A stretch of 64,000 bases of DNA from assembly GCA_016839705.1 (NCBI GenBank), contig JAEOTR010000024.1:1-64000 (forward strand). The letters run 5' to 3'. The notes beneath the pieces are model-generated. The model made no database searches, was not told the origin of the DNA, and was given only the letters and a program-made list of their open reading frames with translations. Numbering within the stretch: position 1 is the first letter of the stretch; each line of letters begins with the position of its first letter. Positions 21,412 through 30,973 of this stretch are shown here, in pieces. Source of the stretch: Promethearchaeota archaeon. Lineage in GTDB: Archaea > Asgardarchaeota > Lokiarchaeia > Sigyniarchaeales > SOKP01. The position numbers were made by a program, and so were the translations under genes.

Positions 21412-21430
21412 CAATAATATTGTAATCATT

Positions 21431-22354
21431 ATGGCAGAGTGCAAATTCTCCGACATTGTTGAAGATTTTTTAATCTCCAAAGAAGTAGAAGAAGGATGTG
21501 CAACATCAACAATTAAAGCATACCGATATGATCTTGACAAATTTATTAGTTTGGTCGGAGATATTGATATGAATTCTCCTGTGGTTAGGCAAAGGATTCG
21601 GCTATTTTTAAAAAAAATCAAGGATATGGGCTACACTAAAAAAGGGATCGGTCGAAAAATAGCCTCGTTACGTTCTTACTTTAAATTCCTAACTCTAAAT
21701 GAGTTTATTGATAAAAACCCTATGAGTACCATTAAGTCTCCTAAGATAAAACTTGAGGAAGCCTTACCTAAATTTCTTGATCTTTCAGACATCGAAGTGA
21801 TCTTTGAAAAATTAAAAGATAGAACTGTATTTAACACTAAAAAAAGCCAGCGGTATTATTTAATTATTAGATTACTTTATTCTACGATGGCTCGAGTAAG
21901 TGAATTATGTAATATTAAAATAAATGATATTGATTTTAATAAAGGATACATACGCTTAAGGGGAAAAGGTAATAAGCAAAGAATTGTCCCTGTAGATAAT
22001 AGAACCCTTGAAATATTCAAAGAGTATCTTAAAGATAGAATTTCCTATGATCCTGAAGACTTTTTGTTAGTAAATACACGATATCAGAAGCTAAGTCCTC
22101 GAATTGTACAAGCTGATATTAAATCTATAAAAGAAAAATGTGGGTTTTCAGATTCGAAAATTGTAACACCTCACGTTTTTAGACACACAGGAGCAACACA
22201 CCTCAGACGGTCAGGAATGGACATTAGTGAACTCCAAGATATCTTGGGCCATTCAAGTCCTAACACCACACGTATCTATGCGAAAAATGATATCACAAAA
22301 CTAAAGCAATCATACTCAACGATGCATCCATTGAACAATTCGGATAATTTCTAG
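21431..22354 (+). CDS. xerA: Site-specific tyrosine recombinase, XerA/XerC-D family
   Basis: SAM-like N-domain; catalytic R (ARVSEL), K (GKGNKQR), HxxR (HVFRH), LGH and Y (TTRIY). Confidence 0.88.
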   Translation: MAECKFSDIVEDFLISKEVEEGCATSTIKAYRYDLDKFISLVGDIDMNSPVVRQRIRLFLKKIKDMGYTKKGIGRKIASLRSYFKFLTLNEFIDKNPMSTIKSPKIKLEEALPKFLDLSDIEVIFEKLKDRTVFNTKKSQRYYLIIRLLYSTMARVSELCNIKINDIDFNKGYIRLRGKGNKQRIVPVDNRTLEIFKEYLKDRISYDPEDFLLVNTRYQKLSPRIVQADIKSIKEKCGFSDSKIVTPHVFRHTGATHLRRSGMDISELQDILGHSSPNTTRIYAKNDITKLKQSYSTMHPLNNSDNF

Positions 22355-22488
22355 GTAGAAATTTTTATTTTTTACAATTCTTTTTATAATAAAAACAAGA
22401 TAAGTTCTTAAGAATAAGAAAATTTAAACTTAATTTGTACTATTATAACTTATAGATTACTAATTAAAATCACTCATTTCGATCTATT

Positions 22489-23682
22489 ATGGACGAGGAA
22501 GCATTTAGAAAACAATTCACAAAAAAATCAGTTTTTAAAAAATTGGGTTCTCTCGATAAAAGTTGGGTTCCAGATAAACTATATTGCAGAGATGATGCAC
22601 TAAATACACTAATCGTTAATTATCGAAGAATTTTAGAAGAAAAAGAACAACCGTCAATTAACTGTCTAATCTTGGGTAAGGGAGGTGTTGGAAAAACTTG
22701 TACATCTCGTTATTTTGGTAAAAATTTTAAAACCGTTGCAACAGAAAAGGATGTAAATCTTTTTATAGAATATTTTGATTGCATAAATTTTAGATCGAAG
22801 AGTAAAATCATCAGAGAATTACTGGCAAAATATACTCATGGATCTGGACGCGGATATTCTGACGATGAGGCCTTAAAATTAATACTCACCAAATTAATTC
22901 GAGATAATGGTTATATGCTTTTAATAATTGATGAAGTACATTTGTTGAAACCAGACGATGTCTTAGCTTTTTTAAACATCGCTGAAACTTTCGGTCATCA
23001 AAATGCAAAACTATCTATTCTTCTAATCTGCAGAGGTGCAGATTGGATGAGAATTGAAAATGAAAGAATTTTAAGTCGATTAAATGAAAAAATTCCGCTT
23101 GAACCTTATAATTTTGAAGAATCTATGCAAATTTTAACATACAGAAGTGAAATAGCTTTAAGAGAATATGTACTGGATGAGGAACTTCTCACTATGATTG
23201 CTCAAATTGTCGTAGAAAACAAAAACATGAGACACGGGATCGAAATAATACGAAAAAGCGGTTTATATTGTGATAAGGAAGGTTTAGATTTCATTACAGC
23301 TGACATAGTTAGAGCAGCTTCCGATGATGTATATCCTACATTTAGAGCAGAAATTATTGATGGTCTGAAAGATCAAGAGCTCTTAGCTTTACTTGGGATT
23401 GTAAGATCTTTAATGAACAGTGGCACCCCATTCGCATTGGTAGATGATGCTTTTGAAGAATATCAATCGATTTGTGAATCTTATTCAATAGAACCTCATG
23501 TAAAAATGAGTTTTAGAAAATATGTTCGTCAGTTAGCCCAACTTAAAATAATCGCATCTAAAACAGTAAGAATAGAAGATGCTACACGCGGAAGGCATTT
23601 AGAAATAACCTTATTAGATATTCCTGCAGGAAAATTAGCGGAATTATTAGAAGATATTTTTGAAAGGAAATTTTTAAAATAA
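22489..23682 (+). CDS. cdc6: Cdc6/Orc1 replication initiator (AAA+ plus winged helix)
   Basis: PDKLYCRD, GKGGVGKT Walker A, IIDEVH Walker B, C-terminal wHTH ending RGR. Confidence 0.9.
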   Translation: MDEEAFRKQFTKKSVFKKLGSLDKSWVPDKLYCRDDALNTLIVNYRRILEEKEQPSINCLILGKGGVGKTCTSRYFGKNFKTVATEKDVNLFIEYFDCINFRSKSKIIRELLAKYTHGSGRGYSDDEALKLILTKLIRDNGYMLLIIDEVHLLKPDDVLAFLNIAETFGHQNAKLSILLICRGADWMRIENERILSRLNEKIPLEPYNFEESMQILTYRSEIALREYVLDEELLTMIAQIVVENKNMRHGIEIIRKSGLYCDKEGLDFITADIVRAASDDVYPTFRAEIIDGLKDQELLALLGIVRSLMNSGTPFALVDDAFEEYQSICESYSIEPHVKMSFRKYVRQLAQLKIIASKTVRIEDATRGRHLEITLLDIPAGKLAELLEDIFERKFLK

Positions 23683-23772
23683 TATCAGAAAGAAAATTAA
23701 AAATCTCAGCTACAACGTTCTTAATAGAATTACATTCTGTCTCCTCCAAAAAAGATAAGCGGATATTTTTTT

Positions 23773-24006
23773 CTAAAAATCTTTTTCTTTGGATTGTTTA
23801 CTTGAAGAATACCATTCTAACCACTCTTTTCGTCTATTTTTTTTGCGTTGCGAATCATCTGCATCTGGAATATTTTCATTCCTAACTTTTTTCCAAACAC
23901 TATCTAATTCATGTCGAGTTAACGAGAGACCACATGATTGGCAAACAATTTGTTTTATAGCTGAGTGGTATTTCATAAATCCTCCACATTCCGGACAGCG
24001 AGCCAT
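23773..24006 (-). CDS. Small zinc-ribbon protein (TFIIB-like ribbon plus charged helix)
   Basis: CPECGG...VCQSCG; upstream AT-rich promoter-like region. Confidence 0.7.
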   Translation of the reverse strand: MARCPECGGFMKYHSAIKQIVCQSCGLSLTRHELDSVWKKVRNENIPDADDSQRKKNRRKEWLEWYSSSKQSKEKDF

Positions 24007-24189
24007 AGCATTAAATTTTATGAGTATTTTTTAGAGATTTATAATTTACTAGAATAATTGAAAGTTAAAATATTTTATTGTATTAAATATAACCGTATTA
24101 ATTATAACCTTCAAATTTATTTTTGATGAACAAATTTACAGTATACGTTTGTATAATATAGTAAAATAATCACAAAAAAAAATAAGATT

Positions 24190-25395
24190 ATGAGTTCTAC
24201 AAAGTCAAAGGTTTATTTCGGTTCAGTTAAACAAGGTAAACTTTTACCAATTGCTTCTTTTGCTGCGAAAGTAGATAAGATAACCGATATGTTGATTGAA
24301 CAAACACCAATAGCAAAGAAAGATAAGGTTGCCATAAAGATGCATCTGGGATTTAATGTTGGTTATCAAACGGTTCCCGTTTTCTTTGTGCGTCGTATTG
24401 TTGATGCTGTTAAAAAGACAGGGGCATACCCTTTCATCACAGATAACCCCACAGCAGTTTATAATGCAGTAAATAGAGGTTATACCCAAGAAACTTGCGG
24501 ATGTCCTATTATCCCGATTGCTGGTGTTAAAGATGGCTATACTACCCCCGTCGAAATTAATTTTAAAGGATTCGATAGTCTGGATATGGGAGGTGTTCTT
24601 AAAGATGCTGACGTATTAATAGATTTAACTCATGCCAAAGGACATGGAGCATGTGGATATGGAGGCGCCATTAAGAATCTTGCTCTTGGAGGTTACTCCG
24701 GTTCTTCTCGATGGATGAAAATTCATGCTGTAGCTCAACATGATAAATACTGGGATAAAGAAAAAGGATCGTCTGAACATGCTAAAAAACTTGTTGAAGC
24801 TTGTCCCTATGGAGCCCTACGATACGATGAAACATATAATAACCTTATAAGAAACTATCATGATTGTCATCAATGCCTTACTTGTTTAGAATTGGATCTT
24901 GACATAGGAGCTGTAAAATTACCGCGAGAAAGTTATTCTGCCTTTCAAGAAATGATGGCAATTTCAACTAATAAAGTGCTTGAAACATTTAAACCCGAGA
25001 AAGTGTTTTACTTAAATTTCGCACTTCAGATTACCACGTTTTGTGACTGTGTAGGGATAGCCCAACCACCCATCATTAATGATATTGGTGTGTTAGGTTC
25101 AAAAGATATCATTGCAATCGAGACTGCCACACTTGATCTCATCAAGAAAGAGGGTATCATCGAAAAAAATATCCCTCCCTTTTTAAAACATGTGAATTTA
25201 GACCCTAACGAAGATATTCATCCTTTCACGAGACTTCATGGTCCTTACAAGGACCCTTATGAAACTGTGAGATTTCTTGAGAAAATGGGACGGGGAAATT
25301 CTGATTATGAACTAATCGAAATTCTTTCTTTGGAAGAAATCGCAAAAATGAAACCCTCAGATAGAGTTTTTGAAGGTGAACCATCCTTCTTCTAA
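24190..25395 (+). CDS. DUF362 family Fe-S protein
   Basis: VAIKMHLG, HAKGHGACGYGGAIKNLALG, CDC motif, partial ferredoxin insert. Confidence 0.85.
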   Translation: MSSTKSKVYFGSVKQGKLLPIASFAAKVDKITDMLIEQTPIAKKDKVAIKMHLGFNVGYQTVPVFFVRRIVDAVKKTGAYPFITDNPTAVYNAVNRGYTQETCGCPIIPIAGVKDGYTTPVEINFKGFDSLDMGGVLKDADVLIDLTHAKGHGACGYGGAIKNLALGGYSGSSRWMKIHAVAQHDKYWDKEKGSSEHAKKLVEACPYGALRYDETYNNLIRNYHDCHQCLTCLELDLDIGAVKLPRESYSAFQEMMAISTNKVLETFKPEKVFYLNFALQITTFCDCVGIAQPPIINDIGVLGSKDIIAIETATLDLIKKEGIIEKNIPPFLKHVNLDPNEDIHPFTRLHGPYKDPYETVRFLEKMGRGNSDYELIEILSLEEIAKMKPSDRVFEGEPSFF

Positions 25396-25460
25396 TAAAC
25401 CTGAAATTAATTATTTTTCTCTCTTTTTTCTAATTAAAAATATAAAAAGAATAATCCGTG

Positions 25461-26789
25461 TTAAGAAGATACTGTTAGGTTCTTAAACGCCATATAAGGT
25501 AAAAGATTGTTAGCAAAGAATTCTCGTTCTTTTGAAATGTACAGGCAATTTTTGAGCATTTTTAAAATATTACCACTGACATTTCCCATTTTTATTGGAG
25601 TATCGATTTTACCATCTTTAATATAATAACCATTTCTTATTTCTGCTCCAAAATCTCCAGTTAATTCGCTGGGCTGTAAATCAGAAAATGCTTCAATGTA
25701 ATACCCTTCATCTATATTTGAAACCATCTCATCCAAGGTTATATTACCTGGTGAGATCTCAAGATTACTTATCCCATTAAAAATTGAACCATCTATGCCT
25801 TTTAACCCGTTTCCAGTAGACTTTGTGGACTCTAAGATCGCATGTTTCTGATCATAGAGTAGTTTTTGAAAGCTTCCCTTCTTTATTATCGCATTCCGTT
25901 GATGTGGTGTTCCTTCACCATCCCATCCATTAACAGCAAGACATCCTTCTAATAAACCATCATCAAACATTGAAATATTTTCAGATGCTACCATTTCATT
26001 TATATTAAACAAGGATTCCTTCTCATGAAAGGCTTTTCCTGATGTGTGTAATTCCACTACGGGATTAATTGCATGATGTAATACTTGCGGTGAAAAAATA
26101 ACGATTGCATCTTTTGAAGGTTTAGGAAGCTTTGCTTTTAAGGTATCCTGAGCGAGTTTCGCCCATTTTTCAATTCTTTTTGGAAAATCCAATTGCTCTC
26201 TGTCTTTGATAAAAATATAAGGCCAAAATTCTGATAATTTTCCCTTTTGTTGAGCTTTTAAGGAGAATTCAATAAAAAAATACGTTTTCTGGGCACCGAT
26301 ATCAATAGAGTTGCTATTTCGTAAATATTTATTATCGATATGAATACGAAAACGTCCAAAGGTTGGAGAAACATCTTTTTTTTGTTGGATCTCTGATAAA
26401 AGTTCCTTTACTAAATCATTTTTAATATTTAAAGGATCAACTATGATATTCTTATCAGAAGTTGAAACTTTCTGTGCTGGTTCCTTACTCGGAAAATAAT
26501 ATTTTGAACTTAGATTAATTTTTGATAATTTGTTGCATGTAGTGATATTTTGTTCGATTTCTTGAGGTTTTATCGAATTTCCCTTAACAATCCCTATTCC
26601 TGTTTTATTTCCTCTCTGATTGAGGATTCGCAATACATACTCAAAATTATTAACATCTCTCTCTTTGTCAACTTTATCCTTTAAAAAAATTGACTCATAA
26701 GCCTTTCTTTCTGTAAGATAAATTTCATATTCTTGAACTTTTTTTGCATTTAATACCTTTTCAATTAATTCAATTTTCTCATTTGACAT
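25461..26789 (-). CDS. pmbA: TldE/PmbA family protein
   Basis: DGEGTP, TGNG, GDF...G motifs; lacks HExxxH; downstream of tldD. Confidence 0.85.
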   Translation of the reverse strand: MSNEKIELIEKVLNAKKVQEYEIYLTERKAYESIFLKDKVDKERDVNNFEYVLRILNQRGNKTGIGIVKGNSIKPQEIEQNITTCNKLSKINLSSKYYFPSKEPAQKVSTSDKNIIVDPLNIKNDLVKELLSEIQQKKDVSPTFGRFRIHIDNKYLRNSNSIDIGAQKTYFFIEFSLKAQQKGKLSEFWPYIFIKDREQLDFPKRIEKWAKLAQDTLKAKLPKPSKDAIVIFSPQVLHHAINPVVELHTSGKAFHEKESLFNINEMVASENISMFDDGLLEGCLAVNGWDGEGTPHQRNAIIKKGSFQKLLYDQKHAILESTKSTGNGLKGIDGSIFNGISNLEISPGNITLDEMVSNIDEGYYIEAFSDLQPSELTGDFGAEIRNGYYIKDGKIDTPIKMGNVSGNILKMLKNCLYISKEREFFANNLLPYMAFKNLTVSS

Positions 26790-26796
26790 GTTAACC

Positions 26797-28179
26797 TCAC
26801 CCTGGACTTATTAAAGCTTCTTTTATTCTAATATAACTTCCTCCATCAGTAACAGGGACCGAGTCAGCATGACCTTTACCACATGTTCCACCATGCAATT
26901 CAGTTTTATCTTTGCTTATCGCGTCAATGTTTTGTAATATCTTTAATACATAACCAGTTAAAGCGATCCTATTTAATAGCTGTGTTTTTTCTCCATTTTG
27001 AATTAAATATCCTTTCTTTGATGTGCATTGACAACCACCCGCTAAGGGGTCTTCCATTCCGAAATACGATTTAACGATCATAACTCCTTCCTTTACTTCA
27101 GACATCATATCTTCTAGATCATAATCTCCTGATTCAAAATATGTATTTGACATTCTTGGGTGTATTGTGTGAGCATAACTTTCCCTTCTTCCGTTTCCTT
27201 GAGGAATTCCATTTAAAACTGAAGCGCTTGTTCTGTCATATATATAATTCTTTAATATTCCATTTTCAACAAGAAGATTTTTACCTGCCTTTATACCCTC
27301 ATCATCAAAAAAGTATGAGCCAATGTGGTTCTCAAGACTAGGTGTATCACATATAGTACATATATCTGATGCCACTTTCTTGTTGATTTTATCTGTTAGA
27401 TAACTTCTCCCTCGTAAAATCTGATCAGCTTCCAATCCATGACCAAAACTTTCATGAGCTATAAGACCTGCAATTCCCGGATCTAATATTAGCTGAAATC
27501 TCCCCGCGGGTGCTTTTTTAGCTTTAAGCATATCAATAGAGTTATCAGCTATTTGTACCAATTTATCATCCGTTATTTCATCAAAGATTTCAAATCCCAT
27601 CTCACCACCCTCAGAAAAATAATCATATTCCATTTTAGCGCCCATTTTTGCTATGGGGTAAATAAAAAGCCTTACACGAGGAATAACTTGTCTTAATTGA
27701 CTTCCTTCATTGTTTACAAATATCCGTGTAGTATGTGTTTCCTTATATAATACTCTAGCTATAGCAATTCTCTCATCATGATTTTGGATAAATTTTTGGA
27801 TTTGTCTAATTTTTTCTAATTTTTCCTCTAAAGATATATCAGTAAGATTAATTTTAGTATTTATTTCTTTATTAAACTTCCAACCCTTATATTCAGCGAT
27901 TTCTTCACCTTTATTTACCACTTTGGGTAATTTATTTGTAATATTTTTTAAATCAGAAAAATCATCAAATGCTATTTCATTCCAGGTACCAGTATAAGTT
28001 CTCGCAACAATCCCAGATGTCTTTGAATTGACAGAAATATCTTCAGTAAAGGGAGATTTTTCAATTCTTATTGATGAAAATGAATCATATAGGATGTCAA
28101 AGTATTGGTTTTTTCTATTGAAACCATTTGAAACTTCTTCAAAATTAGAAAAAATTTCGTTATAAGATTTCTCACTCAT
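26797..28179 (-). CDS. tldD: TldD metalloprotease
   Basis: HESFGHGLEAD, FDDEG, GNGRRESY, PRMSNT, CGKG. Confidence 0.92.
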   Translation of the reverse strand: MSEKSYNEIFSNFEEVSNGFNRKNQYFDILYDSFSSIRIEKSPFTEDISVNSKTSGIVARTYTGTWNEIAFDDFSDLKNITNKLPKVVNKGEEIAEYKGWKFNKEINTKINLTDISLEEKLEKIRQIQKFIQNHDERIAIARVLYKETHTTRIFVNNEGSQLRQVIPRVRLFIYPIAKMGAKMEYDYFSEGGEMGFEIFDEITDDKLVQIADNSIDMLKAKKAPAGRFQLILDPGIAGLIAHESFGHGLEADQILRGRSYLTDKINKKVASDICTICDTPSLENHIGSYFFDDEGIKAGKNLLVENGILKNYIYDRTSASVLNGIPQGNGRRESYAHTIHPRMSNTYFESGDYDLEDMMSEVKEGVMIVKSYFGMEDPLAGGCQCTSKKGYLIQNGEKTQLLNRIALTGYVLKILQNIDAISKDKTELHGGTCGKGHADSVPVTDGGSYIRIKEALISPG

Positions 28180-28254
28180 TTTTTCTCGCTAATTTTAATA
28201 TTTTTTTATAATAAAATTCTGAGTTTTGCTAAATTATAACATCTAAAGATTCTA

Positions 28255-29700
28255 TTATTCCACATCTAGAATCTTCTTTACTAAGCTTTTCTTTTCTTCT
28301 AATTCTGCTTGACGTGATATCATTATCCTCTGAGCTTGCGGCGAACCTGCACCATGCATTGATTCGGTTTTATAACTAACAGCAGAAACGCCCATAGTTA
28401 AATTTTCAATAAATCTTAAAACTCGATAACGATCTTCAGCACACAATCCTTCACATGTCGTAAGATATTTTTCCAATAAAGGTCCTACTTCCGTTGATTT
28501 AAAATCTGCCTCGGAAGGTAGTGTACAAATAATACCTCCTGCTATATCCTCTGCTAATCTCCCAATTTCATAAGGAAATCTAGTGACATTTTGTTTACAC
28601 ACATTAGCTAAAAGCATATCCATTTCATAATTTCCTGCTTCTCTCTGAAAACCTAAAGAACTACACGCAATCCCACAACTATAAAGAGTTTCATTTAGGT
28701 GCACCATCTCAACAAGCTTATCCCTAATATGAGAAGCCCTATCAGTCCCGTTGTATTCTGAGATTAGCGCTGCAGCCCCAATAAGCACATCTCCAACCCC
28801 AACTTTGCATCCCCCATAAGATTGGCGATGAAAACCGCCAAAACGGTTAACCAATTCGCCTGAGAACTCAATTTCTCCCTTCATAAAAATATTTTCATTG
28901 GGTACAAAAACATCTTCAAAGATGACAAAAATTTCTTGACCGCCATATTTATAATTTCCAATATCTAATTTTCCTTCTTCTAGCTTACGAGTATCACATG
29001 CCTGTCTTCCGTACACAAGGGTTATTCCCTTCGCATTGGTATCTATCCCAAAACTTACAGCATATTCTTCTTCACCAGGTCTTAAAGCCAATGTAGGCAT
29101 TACTATAACTCTATGGGAATTAAGAAAACCTGTCTGATGAACTTTTGCCCCACGAACTATAATGCCTTGATCATTTTCGTCGACTATATGTAAGTAAGCA
29201 TCAGGATCAGGTTGTTGGTTAGGTCTTTTACTTCGGTCTCCCTTTGTATCTGTCATTGCACCATCTACCATCAAATCTTGATTTTGTACTTCAATCCAAT
29301 ATTTTTTAAATCGTTCATGATAGTTAGACCCGTTCTTTTTATCCATCTCATAGGTAACACTGTATAGTGCATTGGCAGCATCAAAACCTACACATCGCTG
29401 AAAACAACAGGCAGTATGCTGTCCTAATAATCGTTGCATCTGCACTTTTTTAATTAAGTCATCTATAGATTGATGGATATGAGTAAATCTATTTATAATG
29501 TTACCTGTTAAATGAGATTTAGTTGTCAATATGTTTTTATATTCATCTAATTGTGCTAATTCATATATTTTCATTACAGTGTTTATTGAGGGTCTAATGA
29601 TAGGGTGATTCCAAAACTCTTTCACCTTTTCACCAAACATATACAAATTAACTGGTTTTTTTATTGATTCAAGATATTGTTCTGGTGTTTTTAATGGCAT
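28255..29700 (-). CDS. abfD: 4-hydroxybutyryl-CoA dehydratase / vinylacetyl-CoA isomerase
   Basis: CFQRC and HRQSYGGCK [4Fe-4S] ligands, MTDTKGDRS, ESMHGAGSPQAQ. Confidence 0.9.
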   Translation of the reverse strand: MPLKTPEQYLESIKKPVNLYMFGEKVKEFWNHPIIRPSINTVMKIYELAQLDEYKNILTTKSHLTGNIINRFTHIHQSIDDLIKKVQMQRLLGQHTACCFQRCVGFDAANALYSVTYEMDKKNGSNYHERFKKYWIEVQNQDLMVDGAMTDTKGDRSKRPNQQPDPDAYLHIVDENDQGIIVRGAKVHQTGFLNSHRVIVMPTLALRPGEEEYAVSFGIDTNAKGITLVYGRQACDTRKLEEGKLDIGNYKYGGQEIFVIFEDVFVPNENIFMKGEIEFSGELVNRFGGFHRQSYGGCKVGVGDVLIGAAALISEYNGTDRASHIRDKLVEMVHLNETLYSCGIACSSLGFQREAGNYEMDMLLANVCKQNVTRFPYEIGRLAEDIAGGIICTLPSEADFKSTEVGPLLEKYLTTCEGLCAEDRYRVLRFIENLTMGVSAVSYKTESMHGAGSPQAQRIMISRQAELEEKKSLVKKILDVE

Positions 29701-29809
29701 TTTTTATATCACACCCATATAAATTTAATTAGAATGAAATTGATTATTATAAAAATCTAAGTTTTTAATACTTATTTATAATAAAGAATAATCCCGTTGA
29801 TTCATAGGA

Positions 29810-30748
29810 TTATTTTTCTTGTAATGTTTCCCCCTCACCATCATGATTGTGATTGATTGGATGAGGGTGCATCCGAGAATTTTCTTCTAAATAGCTTATT
29901 CTTTTTTCTAATATAGTCATTGTTTCAATGATGTTGTTAAGTATTTTATTTGACTCTCTTATTTCGAATTGAAGATCTCCTAGTTGATTCAGAATAAAAG
30001 AATTAATTTTTGACTCTTTAACTGGTTCGATTAACCAGTTGATTAGGCTTTGAATAAACTTTTGATTATCTAATGAATTTAAACCAAAATTAGAATCAGA
30101 AGTAAAGATGTCAATGTCTCCTATAGCTACTACTTTTCCTTTCCCAAATTCTGTAAATGCAGCTATTGTTTGTGCTTTCTCCTCATCTTCTTTTATCCAC
30201 TGTTCAGTAGAGCTATTAAAAACTTCCGGCCAAGCATTTTGATTAGTCTGTAATAGTGGCTTAGCATCCTTACTTAAGGAAAGAGAACAAGCTCCTCCTA
30301 TTTTAATTTCCCTTATATGTTTAGTTATGGGATGTTTTAAAAAATCAATGATGTGTAGGGTACTAATATGATTCTGATTAACCTTGTTAAATTCCTTAAC
30401 AAGATTTTTTTCAAAATTGAGTCCAAATTTTCCAGAAATGTCGTTTAAGTTTGTTTTTTGTAAGTAATCAGAACCATATTCACTCAATAATAATAAACCG
30501 CCTCCGGATCTTACAAAATCTACTACTGATTTAACTTCACTACTAGTAAAGAAATCGTCAATAGGGTTTCCGATAATTAGAAGGTCTATTTCTTTTAGAA
30601 TTTCTGGTTTGATCTGCTTATCTTCATTCTTTCTCACATTTAGATCTATTCTACTCAATAAATCTATGAAATTAATAAACTCTTTGTCTTCTATATTCAG
30701 CATTTCATTATGATAAATGTCGATTAACAGGGTTCTTTTCTGCATCAT
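29810..30748 (-). CDS. Cytoplasmic GIFT (GldG/IFT52)/DUF4350-like domain protein with C-terminal coiled coil
   Basis: LLIIGNP...FTSSE...FVRSGGGLLLLSEYG...TNLN; GKVVAIGDIDIF...DNQKFIQSLINWL; no signal peptide. Confidence 0.7.
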   Translation of the reverse strand: MMQKRTLLIDIYHNEMLNIEDKEFINFIDLLSRIDLNVRKNEDKQIKPEILKEIDLLIIGNPIDDFFTSSEVKSVVDFVRSGGGLLLLSEYGSDYLQKTNLNDISGKFGLNFEKNLVKEFNKVNQNHISTLHIIDFLKHPITKHIREIKIGGACSLSLSKDAKPLLQTNQNAWPEVFNSSTEQWIKEDEEKAQTIAAFTEFGKGKVVAIGDIDIFTSDSNFGLNSLDNQKFIQSLINWLIEPVKESKINSFILNQLGDLQFEIRESNKILNNIIETMTILEKRISYLEENSRMHPHPINHNHDGEGETLQEK

Positions 30749-30973
30749 TCCAAAAGGTTCGATAATTGAATTCTTTAAAAGGAGTTTCCGTAATTATTAA
30801 GAGATTATTACACTAAGGTTATATCTTTAAAGAAAATTCGAATATAAAAATCATTATGAATCTATTTTATTTCCAGTTTTTCTAACCAAAAATTTTTTAA
30901 ACGGTTTATAATAATCTTTTTTGGATTAGATCAACTGATTTAATTTTTAAAAATAAGAAGTGGAAAATGAGAG

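Noticed and set aside
22355-22488. Replication origin next to cdc6
   Set aside because: AT-rich, but I found no recognisable ORB or mini-ORB repeats (TTCCAGTGGAAAC / G-string) on either side
21431-24006. Integrated mobile element (integrase + cdc6)
   Set aside because: No att direct repeats, target tRNA or cargo genes; the recombinase looks like chromosomal XerA
28255-29700. abfD as evidence of 3HP/4HB or DC/4HB carbon fixation
   Set aside because: AbfD also serves 4-aminobutyrate/4-hydroxybutyrate fermentation, and no other cycle genes are present here
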